From Ascidiella aspersa (lineage: Eukaryota): 64,000 nucleotides of DNA. The DNA lies in NCBI GenBank assembly GCA_963924565.1, contig OZ004610.1:19654001-19718000 (forward strand), given 5' to 3'. Positions 58,509 through 64,000 of the stretch are shown here, piece by piece (positions within the stretch are counted from its first letter, which is position 1; each line of letters opens with the position of its first letter). Both the position numbers and the translations under genes were made by a program. The notes beneath the pieces are model-generated. The model worked only from the letters and a program-made list of their open reading frames with translations, was not told the origin of the DNA and ran no database searches.

Positions 58509-61500
58509 CTTCTTCTTCTTTTGTGTTGGTTAGATATCTGGGAAGTGGATTGTGAGCCACTGCGTGGTAGAGGATTTCACGGCCAATATTGCTGCCCAAC
58601 CACCGGGGCAGTAAAACTTCGGACATTCTTCCACGATGTGGTATGCCGTTTGTGTGGCTCCGCACTCACATAGTGGGGAAGAGACAAGGCCCCATTGAAA
58701 CATAGAGGAGGCAAAACGGCCGACTCCTGTTAATAAGCGGTTGCGTCTCACATTCTTTGTTCTCGGCAGCTCTGGGGCGTGGTAGCGAGCCGCAGAGATG
58801 GATGCATGTAACTTTGTCTTGTTTGTTGACCATTCTTCTTCCCAGGTTTCCTCCTTCCATTATGAGGCAGTTTTGCCATCAAGGATTGCTTTCTTGAATG
58901 ACTGTGCTGCTGTTACAAAGGAGTGTCGTGACTTCAGTCGCGTTGCCTGCGCACAGCCTGAAATTTTTCTGTGCAGTAGATGGTCAGGGCACAAGAGTGC
59001 CTTGCGCGATTGAGCAAAGGTTGCTCCCTCTCGCCTTATGTTAGTTGGCTCTATCCCTGCTAGCACTGGGAGGTTGTTTACTTGGGTCGCTGTTGGACAG
59101 CCAGTGATGGTCCGTAAGCAGTTATTTATTGGCACATCCAGTAGTTTGGTGTGTGTACTCCTGAGCCATGCGGCCGCACAGTATTGCCGTAGATCGCAAA
59201 ACTTTAGTGTTGGAACCCCACGTTGTGCCAGCGAGTCTCCTAATTAGAGCAGCTCGGGATGAGACCTTGTTCCTCAAACCCTCAAGGTGTTTTTGAAACG
59301 TGAGGGAACGGTTCAGTGTTACTCCAAGGTAGGTGGGGCACGGGTCAAAGGGAAGGTTGGAACCGTTACATCTGATGCGTATCTCCCTGGAGACTTCCCT
59401 GTTGTTTAAGTGGAAGGCGGAGGCGACAGATTTTGTTTCGCTCAGCACCAGTCTCCATTTTTCAAGGTATGTTGAGAGTGTACCGACATCCTTGTTGAGA
59501 GTACTTTCGACAGTTTCCCAACTCCGGCTTGACGTAAGTATTGCGATGTCATCTGCGTATTAGTATTTGCGGGCAGTGATTTGGGGAAGGTCATACATGT
59601 ATATGTTGAAGAGCATCGGTGCAAGCACAGAACTCTGTGGGACCCCATTTCTTAACCGCCTCAATCGACTTTGTTGGCCGTCGCTGGTACGGAGAGTGAA
59701 ACTCCTGTTAGATACCAGTTCCATGATAAACTGTACCATGCGTTTGTCAGGGACGGTTTTCAGGAGCTTGTAGGTTAGGCCCTGGTGCCATATGGTGTCA
59801 TAGGCAGCTGTCAGGTCTAAGAATACAGCGCCTGTTTTGGTGTTGGCTTGGTAACCATCTTCAATATCTTGCGTCAGGAGGATGACTTGGTCTGATGTGC
59901 ACCTACCACGCCTGAAGCCTGCTTGCTCTGGTGGTAATTGGGGATCAACAACAGGTTCTAATCGTGAGTGTATGATTCGCTCAAGGATCTTGAAAGAGAT
60001 CGCATCGTCGAGTGGCTTGTTTGGCTTGGGTATGGCTATCACTAGGGCTCTTCTCCAAATCCTTGGAATTTTTAGCCGGTTCATGCACGACGAGAGAAAC
60101 TTTGCAAGCCAATGGATTGCACAGTCCCCCATGTGTATGAGGAATTCTGGATGGAGGCGATCGGGGCCTGGTACTTTACCGGACTTTAGCTTATGAAGGG
60201 AGTTGCGGACTTCTTCGGGTGTGAACTCGCTAGAGAGGTTTGCATCTGCAGTCGGTGACTTCCAAACTCTGATAGTTTCTTTACCAGACTTGTCTTGGAT
60301 TGCCGATGGATTTTGGCATTGCGACCATTTTTAACCAGACGCGAAGCTATAGCGTTTGCTGTGACAGGACACTTGCCCGGAGAAGATTTGCCACGACCCG
60401 TGAGTCGATTAATGGTGAGCCACGCCTTTCTGCTAGAGTGCGTGGAGTCGATGGACTCTACTGTCGCAATTCAGCGAGCTTGGCGCTTTCGGTCGAGGTG
60501 GTTTACCAGTTCATCGGCTGCTAATTTGGTTTCTTCCATATTGCTGGAGCGTTTAAACTTTCTATACAGGTCCTGGCAGTCCTGGTCCCAGCACGGGACG
60601 TAGTTATTGCGGAATCCCCGCGGGATTGCCTGTTTTGCCGCGCGTGTCAGCATTCCTGCGAAAGCGTGATAGGCCTTATTTTGGTCTTGCGAATCTGGGC
60701 TTGGCAAAGTTTGTGCCATGTGGTGAGTTGCTTTGTTGTACAGCAGCCAACGTGCCTTTCGGAAATTCCACCGTCTCACAGGTTTGCTTGGGTGGGTTTT
60801 AAAGGACCGGCCATTGATATTATTGAAACTCTGTGCTGTGACCGAGGGAACTGACTGATGACGTGTCGTTCAGGATGGGTTTGTCCAGAAGGCACTCTAG
60901 AAAAAGCAAGGTCTGGATTGCTTCCAGTGCTCCAGCGTCCCGAAGTAAAACTATCGGGGTCTTTTGGGTCATACAAGAGCGACAGGTTGTTAGTTGATGC
61001 CCAGTTGAAAAGGGTTTCTCCATCGCGATTGCTGGTCTGGTACCCCCAGTCCGTGTGGTAACAATTAAAGTCACCTACATACAGGCAAGGGGCGGGGAGT
61101 ATGGGCAGCGAAATTATCTCGAGTGCTACAGGTGGCGGCTTGTAGACGTTAACGTAAGTGGTTCCTTGTATTTCAACAGCATGCCATTCAATGTCGCCTT
61201 CTTTAGGGCATCTTGCTTTGATGTTGTAGTTAAAGCAATTTTTAACGAATGTGGCAATTCCATGTTTCCGGCTAGTGGTATGAGCCGCGAGGCGATATTG
61301 GTGGATCTTTAGCCTAGCGTCTGTGTCGCAGTGGGTTTCTTGGAGTAGAATCAAGGCTGCGTCATGTTCTTCGGCCAGTTTTGCGATTACTTCCACCTTA
61401 GCGTTGGTGAGGCCCTCTACATTCAACTGAAGAACCGACATCCTCTCATCTTTGACAATTGTCCGCCCTGAAAAGGGCGCAATGTGGGATTCGTGGATGT

Positions 61501-61586
61501 GGTTCGACGTTGAAGCACTTGACGTTTTTAGATCTTCGCATAAGTAGGAAGTTTCGTTTCTCAGGACTGTATCTCAGATTAAGATT
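58509..61586 (-). mobile_element. Vingi/Ingi-like LINE, near full length, single disrupted APE-RT ORF
   Basis: APE: QLNVEGL, LLQETH, VGDFN, NPDL, SQHR. RT: EQAGFRRGR, FLDLTAAYD, GVPQ.SVLAP.LFNIY, YADD. C-terminal CECGATQTAYHIVEEC. (AAG)n tail. 12-bp TSD ATATGTCGTATT at 58497-58508 and 61587-61598. Several stops and frameshifts. Confidence 0.88.
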
Positions 61587-61651
61587 ATATGTCGTATTGA
61601 ATATCCTAGACACTGCGCTGCTTTGTCTTCAAAAGTAACATTGTTGAAAAC

Positions 61652-62164
61652 CAGCGGTGGTATTTAAATTTTTTGTCAGCCGATTCTATCACAAAAGTAA
61701 CTTTTTTCAGCCGGTTCTGTGACAAAAAGTCATATTTTCCGGGAAATAATTAAAGTACTTGCAAGAACAGGATGCAACCCCAGGTTCCAGCGAATGTTGC
61801 GAACTGCGAACCGGCTGAATCCCATTACTACCAACAGCCACACTAAAAAGCAGCAGTCGTCTTCTCATGACTAGTTGCACTTATGGCACAACAATTCAAT
61901 TTTCATAAAAAATTCACAAAAATAAAATTACTATACAATTATTAAAACCATCACAATGGATGACTGTTACGTGAGAACTTGTCAGTTGCACATAATGAAG
62001 AAAAAACACGTAAGCAGTGAGCTACTTGGATCTCAAAAAAATCAGAAGAGATGCAAAAATCCATTGACAGTAACTAGTAATGCTGCTAACCGGTTCGCTG
62101 ATCTCATAAAATTTTGTGGGACGGTTCTATAGAACCGGTGCGAACCGGCTGAATCCCACCACTG
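61652..62164. mobile_element. hAT-type MITE
   Basis: TIRs CAGCGGTGGTATT / AATCCCACCACTG; perfect 8-bp TSD TTGAAAAC. Confidence 0.88.
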
Positions 62165-62471
62165 TTGAAAACCCACATCCACAACGATATACTGATGGCA
62201 AAGGCAACAGCAATGGCATGACAATTTCATTAAACTTAGGGTACAAATTGTTTAGTTTTGCAAAAAATGTGGTCAAACCATCTTTCTCAAAGCGAACTGG
62301 GTTGCCGCCGTTTCTTGCGGCTTTAAGAGTTCATTAAATTTTATTTTTTTTTTGTTATTGTGGAGTGGACTTAGAGATAATAAACTAAAAAAACTATTAT
62401 TTTTCAAATTTTTCCATGGCCCCCTTGAAAAAGGCTCTAGGGGGCCATGGCCCACAGGTTGGGAACCACTG

Positions 62472-64000
62472 TCTTAAAGGGACGGAGTTTTACTCTCGTC
62501 ACCGATCAAAAATCTGTGTCATATATGTTCGACCGCATCAATCGATTAAAAACGCCAAGATCACTTCACGGAGACTCGAATTGGGTGAATATTTTTACGA
62601 TATTCGTTATCGCCCCGGTGTCCAACTCGTGTTTCCCGACGCTTTATTACGGGTAGTTTTTCCTTGCGAAAACATGTCGTCCCGCTCCGTCCTCTTCTTA
62701 TTTATTCGGTTAGTTTATTCAGTTATTTTGAATATATTAACAGCGATTGTGGAACTGTCACGCCAAAATTGGTCCGGCCAAAATCGATCCGGCCGGATCG
62801 ATTTTGATCGTAATCAAGCGCCAAAACTGGTCCGGTCGGATCGATTTTGCCGTTGGAACAGCCGCTAAAACAGGTCTGGCTAGGGTTAGGGTTAGCGTTA
62901 GGGTTAGGGTTAGGGTTAGGGTTAGGGTTAGGCCGGACCAGTTTTGGCCTAGCCGGACCTGTTTTAGCGGCTGTTCCAACGCCAAAATTGATCCGACCGG
63001 ATCAGTTTTGGCCCCGGACCAAATTTCGCGTTACACCACCTCCTTTCTCAGCAAGGACACTTGGAAGTTTTGGGGCATTGCGACCAGGAAATCGACGATA
63101 ATAGTCATTGTAAAAATACAAACCAAACGGTTCGGAGAACTGTTAAACTCATCCTCCACAGTCGCGGTCTGTTCGAAAACCGCTGGTCGGAAGTGTTACC
63201 AAAGGCTCTTTCACGCTATTCGTTCACTTCTCTGCACGGTGACAAACGAAACACCCATGAAAGATTCCTCCGCTTCCTGCGACAAGCTTTAACCGGAACT
63301 GCTATGATTTCGTGGCTACTTAATCTTGGAGTGTTTCTTTTACGCAGGTTTGTTCGAACCAAAATAGAGCCCCCCTGTGTGACCCTCTCACACTGCTCGA
63401 TGCGAATCCATCATACGTCCATGTTTGGTTTTTGATAGGCGCGAAAGTACCGTTTCTTCTTCCGACCTCGCTCTGTGTCCTGATTCTCCTGAGTCGATTC
63501 ATGATGCTTTTCCACCTTCCGATGCAGAACCAACTTGGATCCCGCTTTCTCTTGCAGGACTAAACCTTACTTTGTTAACATCAAAGCGGCAATCAATTGA
63601 CAGGAATAGCTTAAGCTCCATGGTACAATAATAACAGTCCAGCATAACAACTTCTGTCCATTACATAATTTTAGTTGGATGGGTTCTCCAGTTCAGTTCC
63701 AGTTTCTATTAAATTATGTTCGTTCCTTTAGCTTATCGCCAATTCTTTTGTACACATCGCCTGGCCATAGCATCATTTAGCAGAGGCGTGTTGACGGGTA
63801 ATAACACGTGTCACTTGTTTTATAGACACAGTCAAATGTATTATGGTTACATCATATATTTTGGTTTTAAAACCTAATTGTAATAATAGCAACAAATAAT
63901 AAAATATCCACACACTCTCTTCCTGAACCAGGAGTTCCTCTCTCCGACATCCGACGATCTGGTCGTGAACGTCGGTCCCCTGCGCGCTACGGAGACTGGA
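62472..64000 (+). pseudogene. Decayed Gypsy pol remnant (RNase H and integrase fragments)
   Basis: LKGRSFTLVTDQKSVSYMFD; RLELGEYFYDIRYRPG..PDAL; AIRSLLCTVTNETP; RRSGRERRSPARYGDW at the window end. Many frameshifts. Confidence 0.8.
62756..63035. mobile_element. TGT...ACA palindromic element with central telomeric (TTAGGG)n array
   Basis: Arms 62756-~62885 and ~62947-63035 are inverted (TGTCACGCCAAAATTGGTCCGG / CCGGACCAAATTTCGCGTTACA). About 8.5 TTAGGG units at 62881-62932. Confidence 0.8.

Noticed and set aside
61440-61586. HDV-like ribozyme or 2A peptide at the 5' end of the Vingi/Ingi-like element
   Set aside because: No nested pseudoknot pairing or DxExNPGP motif is visible; the copy is probably slightly 5'-truncated.
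62747-63292. ORFs with RVRVRV / LTLTLT / LGLGLG runs; ancient telomere fusion site
   Set aside because: The runs are translations of (TTAGGG)n. The array is in one orientation only and sits inside a palindromic element, not head-to-head.

Overview
AT-rich eukaryotic (invertebrate) genomic DNA. Short GT-AG introns, TTAGGG repeats and the transposon mix suggest an ascidian tunicate, but that is inference. I reconstructed two convergent spliced protein-coding genes by hand; the ORF track shows them only in fragments. (1) A 10-exon, ~430-aa cytochrome P450 on + (4473-37383) with an intact heme signature, no N-terminal membrane anchor and an I-helix lacking the canonical acid-alcohol pair. (2) A ~274-aa follistatin/Kazal + EGF + transmembrane (tomoregulin/TMEFF-like) gene on - (46368-49098) whose EGF module has ErbB-ligand hallmarks. 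A stop-rich spliced transcript with a candidate intronic H/ACA snoRNA may run divergently from the P450 start. The rest is a dense, nested transposon landscape: an intact Gypsy pol 3' part with its LTR, an L2/CR1-like LINE, an internally deleted L1/Tx1-like LINE with a Cys-rich ORF1 tail, two inverted Penelope-like copies, an inverted pair of hammerhead-ribozyme motifs, a TSD-flanked tRNA-like element, non-autonomous Helitrons, a near full-length Vingi/Ingi-like LINE, many hAT/Harbinger MITEs and palindromic MITEs with telomere-like cores. Coordinates were counted by hand and may be off by a few bases. Family names come from motif recognition, not database searches.
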